From Mobula hypostoma (Eukaryota), in the NCBI RefSeq assembly GCF_963921235.1, contig NC_086108.1, forward strand, positions 89,096,001 through 89,160,000: a stretch of DNA of 64,000 nucleotides. Reading direction: 5' to 3'. How positions within the stretch are numbered: position 1 is the first letter of the stretch; every line of letters starts with the position of its first letter. Below the pieces are notes generated by a model. That model made no database searches. It was given only the letters and a program-made list of their open reading frames with translations, and was not told the origin of the DNA. This document shows positions 51,787 through 64,000 of this stretch, in pieces. A program made the translations under genes and the position numbers.

Positions 51787-53180
51787 CAGGGCCTTGAAAA
51801 AGTATTCCGACCCCACAACTATTTTCACGTTTTACTGTTTCATTTTCTAAATTTAAAATATATTGAAGTAAAATTTTTTGAGCTAATCTACAACGCAAGA
51901 GAAAAATTCCAAAACCTGTCAACAATTTACTAAAAATCAAAAAACAAAATTTTGAGGCTGAAAAAGTATTCATCCCCTTTGTAATTGCTAGCCTCATTTT
52001 CCTCAGGTGCGATACTGTTTATTAGAATCAGAATCACGTTTATTATCACCAGCATGTGTTGTGAAATTTGTTAACTTAGTAGCAGCAGTTCAATGCAATA
52101 CATAATATAAAAGAAAAAAAAACAATAAAATAATAAATAAATCAATTACAGTATACATATATTGAATAGATTAAAAATCAGGCAAAAATACAGAAATTTT
52201 ATATATTAAAAAAGTGAGGTAGTGTCCAAGGATTCAATGTCCATATAGGAATCAGATGGCAGAGAGGAAGAAGCTGTTCCTGAATCGCTGAGTGTGTGCC
52301 TCCAGGCTTCTGTATCTCCTTCCTGATGGTAACAGTGAGAAAAGGGCATTACCTTACCAACTCACCCAATTTATTGATGTACAAAATTGGAGGATCACCT
52401 GCTTTCAACGAACTCATAAGAATAAATACCCCCTCTCTCTGTAAGGTCCAATAGTAAGATTTTCAACAGACTAACCCAAAGTGAAAGCAAAAGAGCAGTC
52501 AAGACAAGCTAGGGAACTGATAATAGAGAAGCACAAACTTTGGGAAGAGCACAAAACCATCTCGAAGGGACTGAACATACCTCGGAGCTCAGTGAAGTCC
52601 ATCATGAAAAGGTAGAACAACATGAAACCACAGCCATGATGCCTCGGTCAGGACGCCCTTCTAAGTTTAGTCACTGAGAGAGAATGATACTTGTGTGAGA
52701 CACTACTGTGACATCAATAGTCACTAGTGGTTGCAACTGGAGATCAAGTTCATGGCATCACAATCTCTAAGTTCTTGCACAAAAAGGGTAATTATGGAAG
52801 AAGCCTGGCTAAAATCAAAGAACATAACCTTGCCTGTAAGGAATTTGCAAAGTGTCACTTAGGAGATAATGTAAAGATGTGGAAGAAGGTCTTGTGGTCG
52901 GATGAGACTAAAGTGGAACATTTTGGCCTCAACACTAAGCAGTACTTGTGTAAATCTAATACTGCCCATCAGCCAAGTAACACCATCTCTGCTCTATAGT
53001 ATAGTATAGCATAATAGTATATCCCTGCATCTTGTTACAGGGATGCTTTTCAGCAGCACAGAAACCTGGTCAGGATTGCTGCGAAGATGAATGTGGCTAA
53101 ATACAGAGAAATCCTGGATTAAAAACCTGCTAGCCTCTGCCAGAAAGCTTAAAATGGAGAGGTTCATCTTTTAGCAGGAC
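51787..53180 (+). mobile_element. Tc1-like DNA transposon, decayed and 3'-truncated; Rex1 fragment inserted at about 52022-52350
   Basis: TA then CAGGGCCTTGAAAAAGTATTC terminus with internal repeat at about 51960; transposase remnants KTISKGLNIPRSSVKSI and MWKKVLWSDETKVEHFG. Confidence 0.85.
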
Positions 53181-55287
53181 TGCTGGGTAACATAACTGGG
53201 GGAAATATACTGTACCTAATTCACAATCACTGACACTGAGCCAAGGCCCCACCCCCAAGAGGTCGGTGCAACCTAATGACGCCACTACGCAGAACCCCCC
53301 AGCAAGTCATTGGGTATATTTCATCCAGAAGTTGATAGGTTCTTGATTCGTGAAGATGGCAAAGGTTATGGGAGAAGGTAGAATAATGGGGTTGAGAGGG
53401 ATAATAAATCAGCCATAATCGAATAGCAGAGCAGACCTGATGGGTTGAATGGCCTATTTCTGCTCCTAGAGCCTTATGGATTGCTTTTACACAGCAAACT
53501 ATCCATCAACACCGAAGAAATAAATGACTAGACTATCTGCTTCTGGGATGGTTGAAGAAGTAGGCCAGAGGATTGAGAGAATTTTTCTGATCTTCAGATG
53601 GTTCCATGGTATCAGGGGAGGGAGACATGGGCATGATTTAATGCAAGGGAGTAACCAACAATGGAGCTCTCCTTCAGTTCACTGCAGATGTATCAGCTTC
53701 AAACATGTGCTCAAGGAGATGTATTCTGACTGAATATATACAATGTTTTAGCTCAAAAAACAGAAAATTAAGCTTTAAACAGGAACCTCAGCTTATCTTG
53801 AACCCACAAATGCTACCTCACTACTATTTTAAATTTCTAAATTTTCCACTATTTATTTAAATATATATATAATATGTACATATTTACAGTAATTCTGTTT
53901 TCTTTTTCTCTCTGTTATCATGTATTGCATTGCACAAACTTCATGAAATATGCCAATGATATTAAGCCTGATTCTGATTTTCCAACTTCACAGTCTACTT
54001 TGTTGAGATCTTACACAAATTGTCTTCCTGTGCTTCACTTTCTCTAGAGCTGTTGCACTTTATTCTGCATTCTGTTATCATTTTACCTTGTAACTACCTC
54101 AATTCACTGTGTAATGAAATGATCTGTATGAACAGTATGCAAAAGGAGATTATCACTGTACTTCAGTGTATGTGACAATAACGAGCCAATTCCAATTCCA
54201 CTTCCAATTTCAATACTCTTTGATGTTTCAGGTAATTATTCTGCCCTTAAGCCTCTTCCAAATATCTGTTACTTTACAGCGTTACTCCTCTCCTTTCTTT
54301 CTACCCTGTCATTGTTCTTTTCTTCTCTTTTTTTGGATCTAATAACTTGTTATTTCTCTAGGTTTTCCTAATTAACCTGTATCTTTTATTTTGTTTCTCC
54401 ACAGATGCTGATTGACATTCGGAGCATTTTCAGCAATTTCTGTTTCCATTTCTTCAGGATTAATCTGAAGGCACTTTGTACCATTCAATCCCTTCATGTC
54501 CTGCTGAGACCCCAACAGAAAAATATTGGGAATTCAAGAACTTCTTTCCTTGGTCCTCAGTGGTAAGGAGGAGCAATGTCTGAAGCCTGTCTGAAGCTGA
54601 ACGCTTCCCAGCAATGTGGGATACATCCTGCTGCAATGGAATTTGAGAATATTCCTGAGTTAGCTAAAGGAGGAAACAGCAGATGAAACACTGAGTGTGA
54701 CTGAGGAGAGGCAAATGAAGTTGGCAAAACAGGTAGTCCGGATCTTTAGATACAACTTAGGGCTTTCTGAGTTTGTTCAGGACATGGATTTGGGCTCACA
54801 TGGAGCACAGCTCAAACACAGCATTTCATCCTGCTATTTGTAATCTTGGTAAAATGCCTATCCAGTTTGAGGTATTTATATCTGACTTGATTGTAACCAG
54901 AACAAAAACATGCAAGTACTCTACAGATATTATATTCTCCAGCACGTCCTAATTAGACATAATATACTCTGATTCAGTTCTAATCATTGTGCACTCCAAT
55001 TTATTCTGATTTGTTTTATCTTGATTTTCTGGTGACATTATATTGAGAGATCCAGGGAAGGGATTTTTCATTTTAGATAGCGACTTGAACACATGAACAG
55101 ATAAATATTTCATGTGACATGGCAGAGGGATCCATTAAAATAGTAAATCTCTTATTAGATTCTTGCTAAATGAACAGTTTGTCAGACATTTTTTCTGAGT
55201 TTCTTCCCCTAATGATTGAGCCCCTCCCCAAAGGCAATATCTGCAGTGCATAAGAAATTCTGCTGGTGCTGTAAATCTTGAGTGCGT

Positions 55288-55288
<1 letters not shown>

Positions 55289-55338
<50 letters not shown>
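55289..55338 (+). repeat. (CA)25 microsatellite
   Basis: Direct reading. Confidence 0.98.
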
Positions 55339-55345
<7 letters not shown>

Positions 55346-56439
55346 GGAAGAACTCAGCAAATCAAGCAACGTTTATGGAGAAGAATAAACAGTTGGTGTT
55401 TTGGTCTGGGACTCTCCATCAAGTCCTAAGGAAGGATCACAGCCCGAAGTGCCCACTGCTTATTCCTCCCCATAGACGCTGCTTGACCTGCTGAGTTCCT
55501 CTATCATTTTGTGTATGTTGTATAATGCACAGCAGGCCACAACAAAAAAACTTTGAAATACTCAGCAGGTCAGGGAGCGGCTGTGGAAATAACAAAAGCA
55601 GTGTTTCAGGTGAATGACCTTTCAGCAGAACCCAGGAAGCAGGCAACTAGATGCTGCAGAATAGCGAAGAAGCAGAGAGGACAGAGAAAGAAAGGTGTGA
55701 TAAGATGGAGAAAAGGAAAGTTTATATGGCAGAGTGGTGGGGAGCCAAGTGAAAGTGGGTGGTGAAGACATTGAGTGAATGACAGAAAGTAAATCTAGAG
55801 ATGTTATAATTAGGAAGATGCAAAATATTATATATTATAAACAGGTGGCAGATCAACTGATGATCCCACTGGTGATAGCACAGGACAGTTAACATCTTAG
55901 TCCACGTGTATTTTTAACTCTATGGGAAATTATGGAAGTCATCGAATCATAGAGCTATACAGCATGGAAACAGGCCCTTCGGCCCAACTCATCCATGCTA
56001 ACCAAGATGTCAATGGGAGCTAGTCCCATTTGCTTGTACTTGGTCTATATCCATCTAAACCTGTTCTATCCATAAATGTTTCCCATGTGTCCACCTCTAC
56101 AGCTTCATCTGGCAAGTGTGGGTGGAAAATAAAACCAATGAATGCTGGAAATATGAGATAGGAGTCTAAAACTGCCAATTATGTGAAAGTGTTGATTGTA
56201 CTGAGCCAGAATAGGTGTAACTCACCCCTCTGGGAGAAGAGATGTTGTTCTAATAACCTTAGCTATTTTAACCATCCTAGATTCCTGAGGGGTAACTGAT
56301 AAACATTTTTTCTTTGACAGTGGGATGGTCTGCTCCAAGTGACATGGTAGGCTGCCTTCAGATCCTGTTCATTCCTGTCAAAATGGTTATGATTCGCCCT
56401 GCCTCTCACGCTAACAACTAGGGCTGTATCTTGCTGCAA

Positions 56440-57490
56440 CTACAGTTGGAGGTCTGTCATTAGTAGTGTTCTGCAGGGTTCTGTACTGGGACCTCTGCTG
56501 TTTGTGATGCATGAAAATGACCTAGATGAAAATGTGGACGAGTGGGTTCATAAGTTAGCAGATGATATGAAGATTGGTGGTGTTGTGGATAGCATAGAAG
56601 ATTTGCAAAAAATACAGTGGGATATAGATCATTTGCAGATATACTGTAAGTGAAGAAATGGCAGATGGAGTTTAACCTGGCCAACAGTGAGGTGTTGTAC
56701 CTTACAAGGTCAAATTTAACGAGGCAGTACACTGTTAAGGGCAAGACCCTTAACAATGTTGATGAGCAGAGGGATCTTAGGGTTCAAGTTTCTTAGCTCC
56801 TTATAAGTCAGGGGATCCCACCCTGGGTTCTGCTGACCCCTTGGTTAATGGTAGGGGTCTGTGGCATAGAAAAGGTTGGGAACCCCTGCTATGTTGATAC
56901 ACAGGTTGATTAAGAAGGCATATGGCATGCTTCCTTTATTGCTTGAAGCACTGAATTCAAAAGTCAGGAAGTTATGTTGCAGTTTTCTAAAAGTCTAGTT
57001 AGACTGCATCTGGAGTATTGCATACAGTTCTGGTTGCGCCTTATAGGAACAATGTGGAAGCTTTGAAGAAGGTGCAGAAAAGGAATACTAGGATGCTGCC
57101 TGGATTAGAGGGCATGTGCTATAACAAAAGGCTGGACAACTTGGCTGTTTCCTCTGGAGCGGCAGACGTGAGGAAAGATCTGACAGAGGTTTATAATATG
57201 TTGAGAGGCATAAATAGAGGCATAAATATTTTTTCCCACGGTTGAAATATTTTCACATGGAGAATGGTGGATGCCTCTAATGCATTACCTGAGGTGGTGG
57301 CAGAGGCAGATACATTAGAGATTGTTAAGAGCTTTAGATTGGCACATGAATGAGAGGGAAGTGGAAGGAAAGGGACATTGTGTAGGCAGAAGGGATGAAT
57401 TTAGTTGGCCATTTGATTATGGATTTAATTGCTTCTGCACAAAATGCGGGTTGAAGGGCCTTTTACTGTGCTGTACTGTTCTCTGTTCTA
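56440..57490 (+). mobile_element. CR1 RT and 3' end, decayed, with hAT MITE at 56809-56888
   Basis: SSVLQGSVLGPLLF, KLADD, LKKVQKRNTRMLPGLE; MITE ends CAGGGGATCCCA / TTGGGAACCCCTG. Confidence 0.8.
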
Positions 57491-58359
57491 TATATAAATC
57501 AGCAAGGGTCTCATCTATCATGCAGGTAGACTGATGTAGACTTTTATATTCTTGGCACTCTTGTGAAGGTCTAAGAAGGCATGATTTTACCAATGCTTTC
57601 AGTAAGACATGACACTATAATTACTTCCCTCACTGTAGTTATTTTCCTTGTCTATACATCTTATTATGTTTTCTTTCTTTGCTGAGTCCTAAGATTTTGA
57701 AAATGACTCACATCGAAATTTTCTTCTAAGATCAGTCCCACAGACTTTGCAATAGAAATAGTGTGATAATTTAAGAGAAATAGTTGTTCATCATTTTGTA
57801 TATTCAGACTTGAAAATACTCCTGCTGTGTTTTTATTTTGACCTCAGGTTCAAAGAATTGGAGCACATTAAATCACTGTCTTCAGGGAAAGCATATTTCA
57901 TGAAACATTGGAACTCTTACACTGTCACATGTCAACTCAATTTTCATTTAACAATGTAAACTAGACAGCCCACAAAGCCTAGTTTCAGGCCTGAAGGTAG
58001 AATTTAATCATCCTGAAAAATATTTGCCAAAAATTAGTTTTATGTACAAGTAGCTGTTAGAAGCCATTTGTTAGATTGTGCCAATGATCATTTCATGCTA
58101 AATTTGTGATCTTTAGGAACCTGGTCCTTGAAGTCGCAGGTACAATGTACCTTAGCACAGTTAGTGTTTGCTTGGAATAAGTTGCGGAGCTAATGGCACA
58201 ACACACCTCGGCTTTCCTCTGTTGGTGGAAGGAACTGGAGTTTTTGAGAGAAACTTACTATATTCTGTGCTAACATCCTAAAAAAGTAGCACACTGAAAA
58301 GTAGAGGATGTGACATATTCTGCACACAAAATATTTCAGTCTCACTTTCAATGGCCAGC

Positions 58360-58900
58360 AGTCCATTACAGGAAAAGCCCTCCACACCACTGTGCACATC
58401 GAACGCTGACATAAGAAAGCAGCATCCATCATCAATGACCCCCTCCATGCAGGCCATGCTCTCTTCTCGCTGATGCAATTGAGAAGAAGGTTCTGGAGCC
58501 TTAGGTCCCACACCACCAGGTACAGAAACAGTTACTACCCTTCAACCTTCAGTTATTACCCTCCTTGACTAGCGTGGATAACTTCACTAACCTCAACACT
58601 GAACTGATTCCACATCCAAATGAATGACTTCCAAGGACTCTAAAACTTATATTCTCAGTATTATTAACTATTTATTTAATTAATCAATCATTTTTTTTTG
58701 CTTGTATGTTTGTTTGTTTTATTTGGGCACAGTTTTGCACATCAGTTGTTTGTCAGTCTTTGTATAGTTTTTTTTTATTATTTCTATTGTATTTCTTTGT
58801 CCTACTGCCTGCAAGAAAATTAATCTCAAGGTAGTATATGGTGACATATACGCACTTTGATAAAAATTTATTTTGAACTTAGAAATGTTGAACTTTGAGC
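58360..58900 (+). mobile_element. Rex1/Babar 3' fragment
   Basis: Same family as 8230-8314 and 10156-10530. Confidence 0.7.
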
Positions 58901-59989
58901 ATTGTGTTAGCTCATTCGCTAGAGCTCCCTCCCTTCCCTGATCAAGGTTCTTTCATTGCCATCATTTGCATTCTGCATCACTGGCAGCTCAAAGTAGCTT
59001 GGGGGACACTCATGTCATTAAATTAGATTGGGTCAGATTGTCCTGCATGGGTGAACATAGTTTCAGTGCTGTGTTCTTCTCTCCCTACATTCGCAAGTGT
59101 GACAGAGCTGCTATCTCATAACTCCAGTAATCTGGGTTCTACCCTGACCTCTAGCGCTGCCTGTAAGGAAATTGAATGTTGTCCCAATGACCTTATGGGT
59201 TTCTTCCAGTTGCTTTGGTTTCCTCCCACAGACCAAAGATGACCTGATTAGTGGGTTAATTAGTCATTGTAAATTGTCCCGTGTTTGGGCTAGGACTAAA
59301 TCAAATTGTTCCACTTCTAGGGCCATAAGGATCTGTTCCACACTGTATCTCAGTAAATAAATAATCACCAGGGATATAATGGCCAAGAGAGAGTGAATAG
59401 GTTATTAGGGAAGGGGCTTCAGAGAATTTCTCTGAGTGGTGGATGAATGGGCTCTTTTTTAAACATGGAAGAAGATTGTTAGCGAGAGAGTTCTTTAAAC
59501 TAGCAAGTGAGAGGACAACATCTTGCAAACAGCAGATATTGTCAGGAGTAAATTTTATTTGAGACAATAAAAAAGAAGTGAAGTGTTAGTGGAGCAATTG
59601 TTTTGGAAGTGGCCATTGTTGGTGTGGGCCAGTGTTAGAATGGATTGGCTTGAACTCAATAGACTTCAGTGAGAGCAGGGGCAGGCTAAGGGTGCAACAT
59701 CATTTGTTTTTGATTATGAAACTTGGGCTTGAGTAATTAGAGCCAAAGGGAAATGGATCAGCAGTGATGAAATGGTGAAGCAGACTCAATAGGCCAAATG
59801 ACCTAACCCTGCTCCTATATCTTATTGTCTTATGATGCATTAATATCTGCCTTAAATATACCAAAATATGGCCACTAACCCTAGACTCATCCACAATAGG
59901 AAACATTTTCTCCCCATTGTCTCCATCAAAACCTTTTAATACTTGATAGGTTTCAATGAGATCCCCCTTCAAGTGGCCCTTGAAGGTTC

Positions 59990-60813
59990 CCCTTGGCAAA
60001 TGGAATACAATGTTGGAAAGTGTATGGTTATGCACTTTGGCAGAAGAAATAAACAGGCAGACTATTATTTAAACGGGAAGAGAATTCAAAGTTCTGAGAT
60101 GCAACAGGACTTAGGAGTCCTCATGCAGGATACCCTTAAGGTTAACCTCTAGGTTGAGTCAGTGGTGAAGAAGGCGAATACAATGTTGGCATTCATTTCT
60201 AGAGGAATAGAGTATAGGAGCAGGGATGTGATGTTGAGGCTCTATAAGGCACTGGTAAGACCTCGCTTGGGGTACCGTGTGCAGTTTTGGGCTCCTTATT
60301 TAAGAAAGGATGTGCTGACGTTGGAGAGGGGTCAGAGAAGATTCACTAGGATGATTCCAGGAATGAGAGGGTTAACATTTGACCGCTCTTGAACTGTACT
60401 CCTTGGAGTTTAGAAGAATGAGGGGAGACCTCATAGAAACATTTCGTATGTTGAAAGGCATGGACAGAGTGAATGTGGCAAAGTTGTTTCCCATGGTGGG
60501 GGAGTCTAGCACGAGAGGGCATGACTTAAGGATTGAAGGGTGCCCATTCAGAACAGAGACGCGAAGAAATTTGGTGGTGAATCTGTGGAATTTGTTGCCA
60601 CGGGCAGCAGTGGAGGTCAAGTCATTGGGTATATTTAAGGCAGAGATTGATAGGTATCCGAGTAGCCAGGGCATCAATGTTTGTGGTGAGAAGGCAGGGG
60701 AGTGGGACTAAATGGGAGAATGGATCAGCTCATGATAAAATGGTGGAGCAGACTCGATGGGCTGAATGACTAACTTCTACTCCTTTGTCTTATGGTCTTA
60801 CGGTCTTATGGTC
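59990..60813 (+). mobile_element. CR1 3' part inserted into an opposite-strand CR1 (about 59840-59970 and 60813-61095)
   Basis: WQMEYNVGKC.VMHFG, KKANTMLAFISRG, RGDLIETF; (TCTTATGG)n tail. Confidence 0.9.
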
Positions 60814-61099
60814 TTCATTCTTCTAAACTCCAGCAAGTATAGGCCCAGAGCCATCAAATGCTCCTCGTATGTTAAACCTTTCATTTCCGGGATAATTCTT
60901 GTGAACCTCCTCTGGACTTTCTCCAGTATCCTTCCTTAGATAAGGTTTCCAAAACTGCTTACAATACTCCAAGTATGGACCACCTAAAGCCTTAAAAAGC
61001 CTCAGCAGTGCATTGTTGCTTTTCTATTCCAGTACTTTCAAAATTAATATTAACATCGCATTTGCCTTCCTTACTACGGACTCAACCTGCAACCAATAG

Positions 61100-64000
61100 A
61101 GTCAGAGTGGTGATTTTGAGGCTTCAGTGAAGGGAGACTTCACTCAGAGAAACACAAGAAAGACAAGAAAAACCCAAGGTTAAGCTTTTTTTTCACCTTC
61201 ACTTTTTTATATCAGCTCAGCTAGGACTGAGAGATACCAGGCAGGATAGTGGAATGCTCCTCCTGTGGTTGGTGGGAAGGCAGGGAGACCTGCAGTGTCC
61301 CTGACGACTACAACAACGAGAAGTCCATCCAGCTACAGCTTCAAACAATCCTCATTATGGAATTGTAGCTGGAACTGGATGAACATCAAATCATTCGGGA
61401 GACTGAGGTGGTGACAGATGGGACATATAAAGAGGTAGTTACAGCCAAGGTGCAGGAATGCAGGAATACAGAAAACTGGGTAACAGTCAGGAAGGTGAAA
61501 GGGGTTAAGGAGCCAGTGCAGAGTACTCCTGTGGCCATTCCCTTCGACAACAGGTGTATCACTTTGGATACTAATGGGGGGGGGGGGTTGGGGTGACCTA
61601 ACAGAGAAAAGTCACAGTGGTTGGGTCTTGGCACCGAGTCTGGCTCTGGAACTCAGAAGGGAAGAGGGGAGAAGAGGCACGCTGTGGTGATAGGGGATTT
61701 GTTAGTCAGGGGAATGGGCAGATTGTTCTGTGGGTGAGAATAAGATTCCCAGATGGTATGTTGCCTCCCGGGTATCAGGGTCCAGGATATTTCGGAATGA
61801 ATCCTCAGCATTCTAAAGTGGGAGGGTGAACAGCCAGGAGTTGTGGACCATGACATACGCAGGACAAATGATGAAGTTCTGCACAGGGGGTTCAGGTACT
61901 AAGTTAAAGGGCAGGACCTCCAGGGTTGTGATCTCAGGATTCCTGCCCATGCCACGTGCTAGCGGGGTCAGAATTAGGAAGACTACACAGTTTAATACGT
62001 GGCTAAGGACTTGGTGTAGGAGGGAGGGCATAAAATTTTTGGATCATTGGGCTCTCAACCAGGGAAGGTAGGACCTGTACAGAAGGGTCATTTTGTATCT
62101 GAACTAGAGAGGGTCTAATATCCTCGAGGGCAGGTTTGTTAATGCTGCATAGTGCATTTTAAACTAGAGTTGCAGGGGGATGGGGACCAGAATGCCAGAA
62201 CAGTTAGAGGGGATTTTGTGGAGGCAGATGTTGTTAAGACCTCAGAGAGAGTCAGGAATCAAAAGGTTGAGCAGGGTGCAACTAATGTCCTGAGCTGTGT
62301 ATATTTCAATGCAAGAAGTTTTGCAGGAGAGGACGATGCTAGTGCTGAAGAAGAGGTAGGTGGTTTACAAACAGAGGCAATCTGAAATGTGGAGAGGTTG
62401 ATGATAGGGTAAAATTGCGGTGAACGGGATGAGTTGTAACCCAAAAGCTGGTCAAAATCAAAAAGGGTGAATGTGCTACCTATTTGAATGTGTGCATATA
62501 CAAAATAACTTGCAGCACATTTGCAGATTGGCAGGTATGATGTTGTAGGCATCGCTGAATCATGGCTCAAAGAAGATTATAGCTGGGAGCTCAGTGTCCA
62601 AGGATATACATCGTATCAAAGGGACAGGCAGGAATGCAGAGGGGCTGGTGCTGTTCTGTTGGCAAAAATGAAATTAATTCATTAGAAAAACGTGACATAG
62701 GGTCGAAAGCTGTTAAATCACTGTGGATAGAGCTAAGGAACTGCAAGGGTAAAAAGACCCTGATGGGAGTTGTATACAGACTCCCAAAAAGTAAGAAGGG
62801 TGTGGTTTACAAATTACAGTGAGAGACCGAAAATGCATGCCAGAAGGACAAAGTTACAATAGTCATTGGGGATTTCAATATGAAGGTAGACTGGGAAAAT
62901 TATGGTACTGGATTCCAGGAAGGGAAATTTATAGATTGCCCATTGAATGGCTGTTTAGAGCAGCTAGTCGTTCAGCCCACTAGGGGATTGGCAATTCTGG
63001 ATTGGGTGTGGTGCAATGAACTGGTATTGATTAGAGAGCTTAAGGTAAAAGCACCTTTAGGGATCATAATATGATCAAATTCACACTGAAATTTGAGAAG
63101 AAGAAGCTAAAGTCAGATGTATCTGTATTATCAGTGGAGTAAAGGGAATTACAGAGCCATGAGAGAGGAGTTGGCCAGAACTGACTGGAAAAGAACACTG
63201 GCAGGGATGATGGCAGAGGTGTAATGGCTGGAATTTCTGGAAGCAATTTGGAAGGCACAAAATATATACATCCCGAAGAGGAAAAGTATTCTAAAGGAAA
63301 GATGACACAACCATGGTTAACAACAGAAGTCAAAGCCAACATAAAAACCAAAGGGAGGACATATAAGAGAGCAAAAATTAATGGGAATTCAGAGGACTGG
63401 GACACTTTTAAAAACCAACAGCAGCAAATGAAACACTTATTAAGAAGGTAAAGATGAAATATGAAAGTAAGTTCGCCAATAATACTAAAGAGGATACCAA
63501 AAGTTTCTTCAGATACATAAAGAGGCAAGCATGAATATCAGACCGCTAGAAAATAAAGTTCCAGGTGCCAGGGGGCATGAGGTGTGTGAAGTTACCATAA
63601 CTAGAGAAGGTTCTTGGAATACTGAGAGATCTGAAGGTAGATAGGTCACTTGGACCAGATGGTTCTGAAGATTGTGGAGGCATTAGTAACGATTTTTCAA
63701 GGATCACAAGATTCTGGAATGGTTTCAGCAGACCGGAAAATTGAAAATGTCACTCCACTTTCAAGAAGGGAGAGAGGCAGAAGTAAAGAAACTGTAGGCC
63801 AGTTAGTCTGACATCAGTGGTTGGGAAGTTCATTAATAAGGATGAGCTCTCAGGGTACTTGGAGGGGCATGATAAAATAGCCCTTAGTCAGCATGGTTTC
63901 CTCAAGGGAAAACCTTGCCTAACAAATCTTCTGGAATTCTTTGTAGAAGTAACAAGCAGAATAGACAAAAGAAAATCTGTTGGTGTTGTGAACTTGGATT
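61100..64000 (+). mobile_element. Long decayed CR1: ORF1 (zinc finger plus SGNH esterase), ORF2 APE endonuclease and RT start; runs off the window
   Basis: ECSSCGWWE, VVIGDLLVRG, RTSRVVISGFLP..FNTWLRTWCRREG.KFLDHW, IAESWL, VVYRLP, GDFN, RPVSLTSVVGK. Confidence 0.9.

Noticed and set aside
1..64000. Prokaryotic systems (CRISPR array, retron, operon)
   Set aside because: No regular repeat-spacer arrays or gene-dense organisation; all RTs belong to eukaryotic retroelement classes

Overview
Eukaryotic, repeat-dense intergenic or intronic DNA, not prokaryotic. The repeat mix (CR1, Rex1/Babar, Penelope-like, tRNA-derived V-SINEs, Tc1, hAT MITEs, Gypsy) suggests a cartilaginous fish such as a ray; this is an inference. 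I found no intact host gene, and almost all listed ORFs are transposon fragments or their antisense frames. Two highlights. (1) A young Penelope-like retroelement family (RT + GIY-YIG): at least four near-identical copies, each with a minimal type I hammerhead ribozyme (CTGACGA...GAAAC-GTC) and a structured tail in the 3' region, plus many decayed ribozyme-bearing tails. (2) An intronless, decayed retrocopy of the 5' third of EIF4ENIF1 (4E-T), split by a CR1 insertion. It lies directly downstream of a Gypsy gag-protease remnant on the same strand, which suggests capture by an LTR retrotransposon. The window also holds two solo LTRs, a Sushi-like LTR plus gag start, an R4/Dong-type endonuclease fragment and many nested insertions. 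Family assignments come from motif recognition by eye, not database searches. Boundaries of old repeats are approximate.
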